Below, one piece after another: positions 28,604 through 37,335 of a DNA stretch of 64,000 bases. The DNA is from Minisyncoccota bacterium (GTDB lineage: Bacteria; Patescibacteriota; Minisyncoccia; Phycocordibacterales; JABAAK01): the NCBI GenBank assembly GCA_958295675.1, contig OY282360.1:530026-594025 (forward strand). Reading direction: 5' to 3'. The notes under the pieces were generated by a model. That model ran no database searches. It was not told the DNA's origin and saw nothing but the letters and a program-made list of their open reading frames with translations. Every line of letters starts with the position of its first letter. The stretch's first letter is position 1. The position numbers were made by a program, and so were the translations under genes.

Positions 28604-30619
28604 CTACACGGTATCTTCCCGCGTATTGCCGTCATTACCAGCTCTCTGCAAATCATTGAGATTAATCCAGTCGTCATCATAGTGTATTGGCGGTTTCTTT
28701 TTCTCCTGTGGCTTCGGTGGAACTGTCAAATCTTTCTTCAAACCGCTTTGCTGCGTAGATTTAATAAGACCGCCTAATGAACCGGTTGTTGTTTTCTGAT
28801 GTGCGGATACCTCTGTATCACTGTCTCTGTTTTTCTTTTGCGCAACATCTTTCTGTTTCTTTAATCTGTCTTTTTTGTCATCCTTGCGATCTTTCTCCGG
28901 AGCAGGATTCAGCCGCTCTTCAGATTGATCTTTGTGTACATTACTATCCGAGCGTTCTCTCTGTTCCGATCGAATATCTTTTTTTTCTTTATTATTCCTT
29001 TCAATGACATCAGAAGCTGGCATTGTCACGGATGTAGAAGAAACAGAATCATTCTTTTTCTGCGCGGTATCAGTCCTCATCCGCGCCTGCGCGCCTTTCT
29101 GAGACCGATCCTTCTTATCAAATCCTTTTTCTTTTGCACCTCCACCCGTCAATTTCTGAATGAGACCTTTTGCGACCTTTTGAAACGGTTTTTGTGTTTC
29201 CTGTTGTGCGGATGCCGATTTGCCGTCTTTCCTTCCTTTCTGATCAGCATACTTTCTCTTATTTTTTTCATCAGGTTTCCGCTGACCGGAAGACGGAACA
29301 ACCGTGCCTTCCAGGCGTTCCCGTATCTGTTCTTCCAGCGCAACCTGATCAACACCGTATCGTTCTCCTGATTTTTTTATAACCAGTTCCGCAAGCGATA
29401 TCGGCGGTGGATCCGGCATCTGAAATGTTCTCGCTGAAAACGGCGTTGATCCCGCGCCGTCAATATTAAGTGTCAGAAACATATGCCGTCTCGGCAGCGC
29501 GACCAAATCCTCTTCGGTGATAACCGGCGCGAATTGTTTCGCGATAATCTCAGCATCAACCGGTCCGACACGAAACGAGACAAAAGTGCCGACATTGCCG
29601 AATACGGCATCCCGAATCATGTTCCCTTCTGCGGCATCATCACTATAAAGCTGTCCGATATACTGGTGCGCCAGCACAAGGTTCAGTTTGTACTTCCGCG
29701 CCTCGGAAAGAATACCGGCAAATGAGGAATTCGCGAACGATTGGAACTCATCAACATAAAAGTTACAGGGTGCGGCATCAGTGAGTTCCTGATGTGTCAT
29801 ATCTCCGCGGGAAAGCGCGGCAAGGTATATTTTGGTGGTGAACAGCACACCAAGCATTTTCGCGTTATTCTCACCAATCTGCCCTTTTGAAAGATTCACC
29901 AGCAGCACCTTCTTGTTGTCCATGATCTCGCGAAAATTAAAAGACGATTTCGGCTGTGCGATGATATTCCTGATAAGCGGATTCGCAGTGAACTGTCCGA
30001 GTTTATTCTGAATTGCCGGAGTCGCATCCTGCACATACCGCTCGTTATAGTTCGCGTAATCCTCAATCCAATATTTCCTTACCTGCGGATCTTTGATATT
30101 TTCTATCACATGATTACGGAACTCCTTGTTCGAATACATCCGACCGATATCTAAAAGTGTGGTATTCGGATATTCAATGAGAGCGAGCAGGGTGTTTACA
30201 AGAATGTATTCCATACGATCCGACCAGCTTGTCTCACCCCATATCTTGTGAAACGACGCTATCAAACTGCTGACAACAAGATGTCGCTTGTCATATCCGA
30301 TATCCTCCATAATATTCAGACCAATGGGACGATTCTGCAGGTGCGGAGCAAAATAAATGGTGTCATCAACCCGATTTTCAGGCACAAAATTCAGCAGGTT
30401 ATCCACTGACTGACCGTGCGGATCCATGAAGATGAGACCTTCGCCGTTCATAACATCCTGAGTCGCCATAATTTCAAGCAATGTGGATTTTCCGGTACCT
30501 GTCTGCCCTATCACATAAATATGTCGGGACCGGTCTTCCTCCTTGATGCCGAACCGAATGGTCTCGCCACGTCTGTCAAGTTCACCGACATATACTTTTC
30601 TTTCTGGATCATACGCCAT
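28604..30619 (-). CDS. TraD/VirD4/TrwB-like (AAA_10, FtsK-HerA superfamily) P-loop ATPase with ~250-aa Lys/Glu-rich disordered tail
   Basis: Walker A VIGQTGTGKST. Walker B NFYVDEFQ. Downstream LVLAHQYIGQL motif typical of type IV coupling-protein-like ATPases. Confidence 0.55.
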   Translation of the reverse strand: MAYDPERKVYVGELDRRGETIRFGIKEEDRSRHIYVIGQTGTGKSTLLEIMATQDVMNGEGLIFMDPHGQSVDNLLNFVPENRVDDTIYFAPHLQNRPIGLNIMEDIGYDKRHLVVSSLIASFHKIWGETSWSDRMEYILVNTLLALIEYPNTTLLDIGRMYSNKEFRNHVIENIKDPQVRKYWIEDYANYNERYVQDATPAIQNKLGQFTANPLIRNIIAQPKSSFNFREIMDNKKVLLVNLSKGQIGENNAKMLGVLFTTKIYLAALSRGDMTHQELTDAAPCNFYVDEFQSFANSSFAGILSEARKYKLNLVLAHQYIGQLYSDDAAEGNMIRDAVFGNVGTFVSFRVGPVDAEIIAKQFAPVITEEDLVALPRRHMFLTLNIDGAGSTPFSARTFQMPDPPPISLAELVIKKSGERYGVDQVALEEQIRERLEGTVVPSSGQRKPDEKNKRKYADQKGRKDGKSASAQQETQKPFQKVAKGLIQKLTGGGAKEKGFDKKDRSQKGAQARMRTDTAQKKNDSVSSTSVTMPASDVIERNNKEKKDIRSEQRERSDSNVHKDQSEERLNPAPEKDRKDDKKDRLKKQKDVAQKKNRDSDTEVSAHQKTTTGSLGGLIKSTQQSGLKKDLTVPPKPQEKKKPPIHYDDDWINLNDLQRAGNDGNTREDTV

Positions 30620-30622
30620 ATG

Positions 30623-30802
30623 CTATTTTTTTGTAGAATCATTCCTGCCGCGCCTGCCAACCTGTATCGCGTCGCAGACAGATATGATAATAAGCACCAG
30701 TCCTATACCGAACGCCGTCCACATTTTCCATTCAGAAAATACTTTGATAAAAGGAAAGAGCAGAAGAATAAGACCGATTAAAAATGTAAAACGATGAGAC
30801 AT
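30623..30802 (-). CDS. small membrane protein (59 aa), translationally coupled upstream of the ATPase
   Basis: MSHRFTFLIGLILLLFPFIKVFSEWKMWTAFGIGLVLIIISVCDAIQVGRRGRNDSTKK. Its stop lies 3 nt before the ATPase ATG. Absent from the ORF track only because of the 60-aa cutoff. Confidence 0.4.
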   Translation of the reverse strand: MSHRFTFLIGLILLLFPFIKVFSEWKMWTAFGIGLVLIIISVCDAIQVGRRGRNDSTKK

Positions 30803-30829
30803 ATACTATATAGTATACAATACAATGCG

Positions 30830-31528
30830 CTATGCAACAGTATCCAGCGAGGAAATAATCAGAACAATCTCGCCGCGCACCATATCAGGATGTTCATGAT
30901 AGTATTTCAAAACATCAGCAGCAGTACCCGAAATAACTTGTTCATGCACCTTGGTCATTTCACGAACAACAATGATCTCTCTGGCGGGAGCAATATGCTC
31001 GCGCAGCGATTCCAAGGTCTTCAAAAGACGATGCGGCGCTTCATAGCAGACAACAGTCCGCTCTTCCGCGGCAATCTGCTGAAACACGGTTTCTCTCCTC
31101 TTTTTGCGCGGTAAAAAGCCAAGAAATACAAAAGAAGAACATGGTGCACCAGAAATGGAAAGTGCTGCGGTAACTGCGGACGGTCCGGGTACGGTCTGGA
31201 TAACAGCGGCATCGCCGAGTACATTCCGTATTTCCCGCACAAATTTCACACCGGGATCGGATATAACCGGCGTACCGGCATCGGAAACAAGCGCGACATC
31301 CTTTCCTTCTCGCAACATCGTTATTGCTTTGTGTATCTTCCCAAATCCGCTGAATGAATGATATGAAACACATGGCGTGTGTATATCATAGTGTGTGAGC
31401 AACTTTTTTGTTACACGAGTATCTTCACAAAACAGCATATCCACGGAACGAAGAGTTTCAACAGCGCGAAACGATATATCGGCGAGATTACCTATCGGCG
31501 TGGCAATAATATAGAGTGTTCCTATCAT
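30830..31528 (-). CDS. rsmI: 16S rRNA (cytidine1402-2'-O)-methyltransferase
   Basis: MIGTLYIIATPIGNLADISFRAVETLRSVDMLFCEDTR is the tetrapyrrole-methylase N-terminus typical of RsmI. Confidence 0.85.
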   Translation of the reverse strand: MIGTLYIIATPIGNLADISFRAVETLRSVDMLFCEDTRVTKKLLTHYDIHTPCVSYHSFSGFGKIHKAITMLREGKDVALVSDAGTPVISDPGVKFVREIRNVLGDAAVIQTVPGPSAVTAALSISGAPCSSFVFLGFLPRKKRRETVFQQIAAEERTVVCYEAPHRLLKTLESLREHIAPAREIIVVREMTKVHEQVISGTAADVLKYYHEHPDMVRGEIVLIISSLDTVA

Positions 31529-31580
31529 GCCAGCAGTATATCAGGAACCGAGTTACGCCGCCTTTTTCATTTCTTCACCT

Positions 31581-32342
31581 TTATTCCAACGCTGCTGTGA
31601 CAGGTTTTCTTCCAGTATATTCTGCTCTCTCTATATACTTATATAGACCGGATGTAACTATAAACTTCAAATCATCCAAAGAACATGAAAAAATGCCGGG
31701 CATATTCATAACTTGATCTTTATAACCGGCAAGCACCAACATACCGGCAATATATCCGTTAAGAGATCTTTTATCAAAATAGTGAAGATACTCAGCGAGA
31801 ACATTGATGTACCCCGCCTTTATCAATGTGCCAGCAAGATCATGCTGATGAACATCAGCAAATGTGTCGTTCAGATGCGCAAAAACAAGTGCTCCGTTAC
31901 CCTGTTCAGCGAGTATGAGGGCTATATCGGCACGATACGATGAATTAAATGAATTTATCTTCGGAATAATTTCCCCAACGGGTAGAGTATGTATGGCATC
32001 TCTCACAAAAGATAACGCCTCTCTTTTGCTGGCTTGCACATGCTTCATGACAGATTCAGGACCAATATCCTTCAGTTCTGTATGAAGATTCTCTTTCATA
32101 TCAATTCTTCTTTCTTTCGTTAATCCTTTTTCATTAGACCAAGGGTCTCTCTTCCAATTATAATTATGATTATAATTACCACGAGTATGATGACTTCTTC
32201 TCCTTGTTACCTTTCCGTGCTGCTCAACAAATTTTTTATCCTTCGGGCGTTGTTCAGGACTCTGCGATCGCGTTGCATCAAAAGATTTATTTCCTAACAT
32301 GCTAGGCATGCTACCACACCCACAATACCAAAAACAAGACAT
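31581..32342 (-). CDS. hypothetical protein
   Basis: ORF only. Basic His/Asn-rich N-terminus. No domain recognised. Confidence 0.35.
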   Translation of the reverse strand: MSCFWYCGCGSMPSMLGNKSFDATRSQSPEQRPKDKKFVEQHGKVTRRRSHHTRGNYNHNYNWKRDPWSNEKGLTKERRIDMKENLHTELKDIGPESVMKHVQASKREALSFVRDAIHTLPVGEIIPKINSFNSSYRADIALILAEQGNGALVFAHLNDTFADVHQHDLAGTLIKAGYINVLAEYLHYFDKRSLNGYIAGMLVLAGYKDQVMNMPGIFSCSLDDLKFIVTSGLYKYIERAEYTGRKPVTAALE

Positions 32343-32393
32343 ACCCTGTTAACAATACATTTCTTTTTTCAACTCTCTAAAACATAGACATCT

Positions 32394-33458
32394 TCACAAC
32401 CTGGTATCATCATAACGAATTTTATTTGGATACCGTTTCTCCAGTGCTGCTTTCTCATTGCCTGGCAGCGCTTGGTTCACTTGTATAGTTCCTATAATTT
32501 TGACAGGCCAGTTAGTGATACCTTGCGTGCTAGTTAGACTATTGAGATACAGGTCACCACCAATCTCCTCCGGCAATGTAACTTCATCTGCAGAGGTAAG
32601 ACCAGCAAGAGATAAATTACCACCAACCTCCTTTGGCAGGATGGATCTTTTCACGGAGGCAATCTTGTAGAGATACAGATGACCACCGATCTTTTCTGGG
32701 AAGGTAATAAGATTATCTACGGAAGTTAATTTGGTGAGATATAAAGAACCACCAATCGTTTTCGGCAAAGCAAGTTTCTTTGTGGAAACAAGATGACGGA
32801 GATTCAGATCACCACCGACTTCCTCCGGCATGGTGAATTCAATATCTATGGATTCAAGAAGATTAAGATCTATACTGCCACCAACCTTCTTCGGCAGGGT
32901 AAACCCTTTTACAGAGATGAGATTCCCAAGAGACAAACTGCCTTCAATCTCCTCTGGCAAAACAATTTTATCGTCGTCAATGGAAATGAAATCATCAAGT
33001 TTTAAATCACCGCAATGGTAGCGCATTTTTCCCAAAAGCGCATCTAATTTAGTCAAAGAAATACGATCAATGGTGGTGTCAAGCGCACATGCGATATCCT
33101 GTTTCTTTTGTGTATCACTTCTCCTTTCTTTCAAATATATTTGTCTTTGTTGTTCCCTAATATCATAACCTCTCGCTCTCGGATACTGATCAATATCATA
33201 CAACAGACGGTATTCCCGTTTCGTGCAAGGTACACCGTGTGCTATCTTCCGTTCTATACGATCCAGATGTGCACTGAACGGTTGACTATAAAATGCAACA
33301 TCATCACGCAATTCTTCCGCCAATGTATCAAACTCCCTTATTGTTTTCTTTGTTGTTTCGGATTCTGCTCCTTCTCTGACAAGCGCGGAGACACACGATT
33401 CCCGCAATCCGTCCAGTTCTTTCAACTGTTCCCGCAATTCTTTACATATATCTGCCAT
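32394..33458 (-). CDS. 23-residue-repeat (BspA-type LRR-like) protein, paralogue B
   Basis: Start at MADICKELREQLKEL. Same repeat architecture and C-terminal ITNWPVKI...EKRYPNKIRY tail as paralogue A. Confidence 0.6.
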   Translation of the reverse strand: MADICKELREQLKELDGLRESCVSALVREGAESETTKKTIREFDTLAEELRDDVAFYSQPFSAHLDRIERKIAHGVPCTKREYRLLYDIDQYPRARGYDIREQQRQIYLKERRSDTQKKQDIACALDTTIDRISLTKLDALLGKMRYHCGDLKLDDFISIDDDKIVLPEEIEGSLSLGNLISVKGFTLPKKVGGSIDLNLLESIDIEFTMPEEVGGDLNLRHLVSTKKLALPKTIGGSLYLTKLTSVDNLITFPEKIGGHLYLYKIASVKRSILPKEVGGNLSLAGLTSADEVTLPEEIGGDLYLNSLTSTQGITNWPVKIIGTIQVNQALPGNEKAALEKRYPNKIRYDDTRL

Positions 33459-33480
33459 ACCAAGAGTAAGATAGCATGGT

Positions 33481-34491
33481 TCACAGATATGCGTCTTCAA
33501 CCTGACTCGGATAGCGTTTCTCCAATGCTGCTTTCTCACTGTCTGACAATCTAAAGTTCACACGCACAGTTCCTCCAATATTACCGGGCCATTTAGTGAT
33601 ACCTTGCGTGCTGGTGAGATTACTGAGATTCAAATCACCACCAACCTCCTCCGGCATAGTGAGCTTATTCTTTATGGATGTGAGTCTGCCAAGAATCAGA
33701 TTACCGCCAACCTTCTTCGGCATGGTGAGTTTCTTCTTTATGAATGCGAGATTACTGAGATTCAGATCATCACCGACTTCCTCCGGCATGATGAGTTCCT
33801 TCTTTATGAATGTGAGTCTGCCAAGAATCAGATTACCGCCAACCTTCTTCGGCATGGTGAGTTTCTTCTTTATGAATGCGAGATTACTGAGATTCAGATC
33901 ATCACCGACTTCCTCCGGCATGATGAGTTCCTTCTTTATGGATGTGAAATTTCTGAGATCCAAACCACCACCAATATTCTCCGGCAGAGTGATTCTTTTC
34001 GCAGAGGTTAAATTATTGAAATTGAGATTATGGAAAACCAGATTGCCGTAATGGTACCGTATATCACCAGAAAATGCTTCTTTTTTGGTCAGAGAAATAC
34101 GATCAAGGGTAGTGCCAAGCACAAATGCGAGATCTCGTTTCTTTTCTTCATCGCTTCTCCATTTTTCTACCATATCTTTTCGTCTTTTTCTTTCCTCTTC
34201 ATTGTTACCTTTCAGGTGCTGATCTATACCGTACAACACCCAGTATTCCCATTTCGTCAGGTTCTTCTTGTCCTCCATCTTCCGCTCTATATCGTCCAGA
34301 CGCTCATCAAACGGTTGTCTGTACAGTACCACCACATCATGCAATTCTTCCGCCAATGTATCAAACTCCCTTATTGTTTTCTTTGTTGTTTCGGATTCTG
34401 CTCCTTCTCTGACAAGGACGGAGACACACGATTCTCGCAGGATGTCTAATTTATTCAACTGTTCCCGCAATTCTTTACATATATCCACCAT
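33481..34491 (-). CDS. 23-residue-repeat (BspA-type LRR-like) protein, paralogue C
   Basis: MVDICKELREQLNKL start. Near-identical internal 69-bp DNA repeats. C-terminal ITKWPGNI...EKRYPSQV. Confidence 0.6.
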   Translation of the reverse strand: MVDICKELREQLNKLDILRESCVSVLVREGAESETTKKTIREFDTLAEELHDVVVLYRQPFDERLDDIERKMEDKKNLTKWEYWVLYGIDQHLKGNNEEERKRRKDMVEKWRSDEEKKRDLAFVLGTTLDRISLTKKEAFSGDIRYHYGNLVFHNLNFNNLTSAKRITLPENIGGGLDLRNFTSIKKELIMPEEVGDDLNLSNLAFIKKKLTMPKKVGGNLILGRLTFIKKELIMPEEVGDDLNLSNLAFIKKKLTMPKKVGGNLILGRLTSIKNKLTMPEEVGGDLNLSNLTSTQGITKWPGNIGGTVRVNFRLSDSEKAALEKRYPSQVEDAYL

Positions 34492-34587
34492 ACTGACGGT
34501 AGTGTACCATAGCTTTTTCTGATGTAATTATGATTATATTCGGCTTTCCTGTATGCAAGAAAGCAAACGAGTTTCGGATACAAAAAC

Positions 34588-34899
34588 TTATACTTCTGAC
34601 TTCTGTGTACCGCTCTCTTGACGCATTTTTTGCAAAAAACGATCTATTTCCTCTTTCAAAATTGTCTCAACATCAATATTTTTCTCTTGAAGAAAATCAG
34701 GAACGCTATTCTCGTTATTGTCATTACTCTTAAGCATGTTAAGGAAACTTTCCGCATCGGTATCATCCAATGCTTCAAGAATCCTCTTCAGAACACATGA
34801 ATCAATCACATCTTCAACAATTTCCACGAACTGATTCTGAACATCATCCGAAAAACCGTCCATGCCGAAAATTTTTATAACACTTTCTTTTTTACTCAT
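34588..34899 (-). CDS. hypothetical acidic protein
   Basis: ORF only. Confidence 0.3.
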   Translation of the reverse strand: MSKKESVIKIFGMDGFSDDVQNQFVEIVEDVIDSCVLKRILEALDDTDAESFLNMLKSNDNNENSVPDFLQEKNIDVETILKEEIDRFLQKMRQESGTQKSEV

Positions 34900-34943
34900 A
34901 CCACATGTATTGTATCATTAATTAATAATAACATTATTGACGA

Positions 34944-35327
34944 TTACTGAATCTGCGAATCATCAAACATACTGACCCTGTACCTCCTCCATAATGTATC
35001 TTTCACTTCATCAAAAGATTCTCCGTTGTATAATTTCGCTTGAAGTTTTGCGACCACAGGATGCTTTCCCACAAGAACAAACATATCTCCGAGCATTTTT
35101 TTTGCTACCGCATCACGCTCCTGAACAGCATCCGGTAACTCACCGCGCCATTTTTCCCGATCTGCCCCTGATCCGAATGTTCCACCGTGTACCTCATTAA
35201 CAAAACCATAAAGGTTATTACTTAATGATTCAACCCGTTCGTTCGAAGCTCGCAGTGTTTCCAAGCTGGCGTTAAGCCGCTCCTTCGCATCATCGTACCG
35301 CGCTGCCCTTTTTTCATAATTTACCAT
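34944..35327 (-). CDS. hypothetical coiled-coil protein
   Basis: ORF only. Confidence 0.3.
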   Translation of the reverse strand: MVNYEKRAARYDDAKERLNASLETLRASNERVESLSNNLYGFVNEVHGGTFGSGADREKWRGELPDAVQERDAVAKKMLGDMFVLVGKHPVVAKLQAKLYNGESFDEVKDTLWRRYRVSMFDDSQIQ

Positions 35328-35490
35328 AAATTAAACATATTACTTAATAATGTATCCGATAAAACAACTAAAACAACACCTAAAATTAATATAACATGGC
35401 ATATAACGCTATGTGCCGCATTTTCCACAGACACATATCACAACAAACAACAATATATTGAATAAGGGATTGCAAGAACAACATACATAA

Positions 35491-35510
35491 CACCTTTCTC
35501 TTGCTCCAAC
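35491..35510 (-). other. 3' half of the pre-16S processing stem
   Basis: On the transcript strand it reads GTTGGAGCAAGAGAAAGGTG. This is complementary to CACTTTTCTCTTGCTCCAAC at 37096-37115, which lies upstream of the 16S 5' end. Confidence 0.55.
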
Positions 35511-35611
35511 TGCTCCCGGTTTCGCTGTATCCGGGAAAGCGAGTACATGTTTAGGACAAGGTACCACTGTCCTGCTCTTCCGTTGCCGAAAGAATAATTG
35601 ACATTCCTCCT

Positions 35612-37090
35612 TGCGGAGGCAATTTCACTTGAATTATTCCACGAACAGCTTCCGCTACCCGTGCCTTGTTACGCCTTAGCCCTTGTTATTGAATTTACCT
35701 TAGACCCGTATAAAACGGGGCATCGGGTACCCTCAACTTCCTTGACTTGGCGGGCGGTGAGTACAAGACTCGAGAACGTATTCACCGCAGCGTGCTGATC
35801 TGCGATTACTAGCGATTTCAACTTCATGGGGTCGAATTGCAGACCCCAATCCGGACTGAGACTGTTTTTATTAGGATTAGCTCCGGCTTGCGCCTTGGCA
35901 TCCCGTTGTAACAGCCATTGTATCATGCGTGCAGCCCGAGGCGTCAAGGGACATGCGGACCTGGCGTCATCCTCTCCTTCCTCCCTCGTGAGAGGGCAGT
36001 CTCGCCTGACATCATATAACAGACGACGAGGGTTGCGTTCGTTACCCCACTTAAGGGAACAGTTCAAACCACGAACTGACGACGGCCATGCATCACCTGC
36101 CTACCCGCCCGAAGGAGATACCCCTTTCAGGGTATCGTCGTGTAGGTTTCTAGCCTCGGTAAGGTTTGTCGCTTAGCATCGAATTAAGCCGCGTGATCCA
36201 CCGCTTGTGCGAGTCCCCGTCTATTCCTTTGAGTTTTAAGCTTGCGCTCGTACTACCCAGGCGGCTTGCTTAACGCGTTAGCTTCGCCTCTCAAGGGTCA
36301 ATGCCTCAAAAAGCCAGCAAGCATCGTTTAGGGCGTGGACTACTGGGGTATCTAATCCCATTCGCTACCCACGCTTTCGTCTCTGAGTGTCAGGAGCAGA
36401 CCAGTGTGCTGCCTTCGCTTTTGGTGTTCCCCACAGTATCAACGGATTTCACCCCTACTCTGTGAGTTCCACACACCTCTTCTGCCCTCTAGTGCTGCCG
36501 TTTCGTATGCGGTTTTCCGGTTGAGCCGGAAGATTTAACACACGACTAACAGCACCACCTACAGACGCTTTACGCCCAGTGATTCCGGGTAACGCTCGGG
36601 GCTTCTGTATTACCGCTCCTGCTGGCACAGAATTAGGAGCCCCTTATTCATACGGTACTGTCAATAAACTTCCTCCCGTATAAAAGGTGTTTACGCGCCG
36701 AAACGCTTCATCCACCACGCGGCGTCGCTCCGTCAGGCTTTCGCCCATTGCGGAATATTCTCGACTGCGGCCTCCCGTAGGAGTATGGCCCGTGTCTCAG
36801 TGCCATCGGTGGGGGTCAGGCTCTCACCTCCCCTACGCGTCATTGCCTTGGTACGCCGTTACCGTACCAACAAGCTGATGCGAAGCAGGCCCCTCCCTAA
36901 GCGAAAAATCTTTACTCCGTAGAGACTATCAGGAATTAGCACACCTTTCGATGCGTTATGCCTGACTTAGGGGTAGGTTCCTACCTGTTACTACCTCGTT
37001 TGCCACTGGGTCCGAAGACCCCGTTCGACTTGCATGCCCTATCCACGCCGCCAGCGTTCACCCTGAGCTAGGATCAAACTCTAAATAAAG
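35612..37090 (-). rRNA. rrs: 16S ribosomal RNA (complete, no linked 23S)
   Basis: Reverse complement begins AGAGTTTGATCCTAGCTCAG at ~37082. It contains ACGGGAGGCAGCAG, GTGCCAGCAGCCGCGGTAATAC, ATTAGATACCC, ACGAGCTGACGAC and AAGGCGTAACAAGG. It ends with the CCTCC anti-SD near 35615. Confidence 0.9.
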
Positions 37091-37095
37091 AAACG

Positions 37096-37115
37096 GTTGG
37101 AGCAAGAGAAAAGTG
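37096..37115 (-). other. 5' half of the pre-16S processing stem
   Basis: See 35491..35510. The inverted 20-nt match brackets the 16S. Confidence 0.55.
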
Positions 37116-37335
37116 TCATATATAGCACACATCCTCTCTTGCAGATATCCTTACTCAAAAAATATAATAAAATAATAGGTTCTGTATGTTGATTGTTAAA
37201 AGGACAACGAGACACACTACCCTCCTCAAAAGGAAAACAAATACAAAAGTGTTTGTTTCGCGTGTATATTCAGTATACCCATATATGACAAAAAAGGTCA
37301 ATGCAAGCGCACCAAAAAGCAAATCATACGAAATG

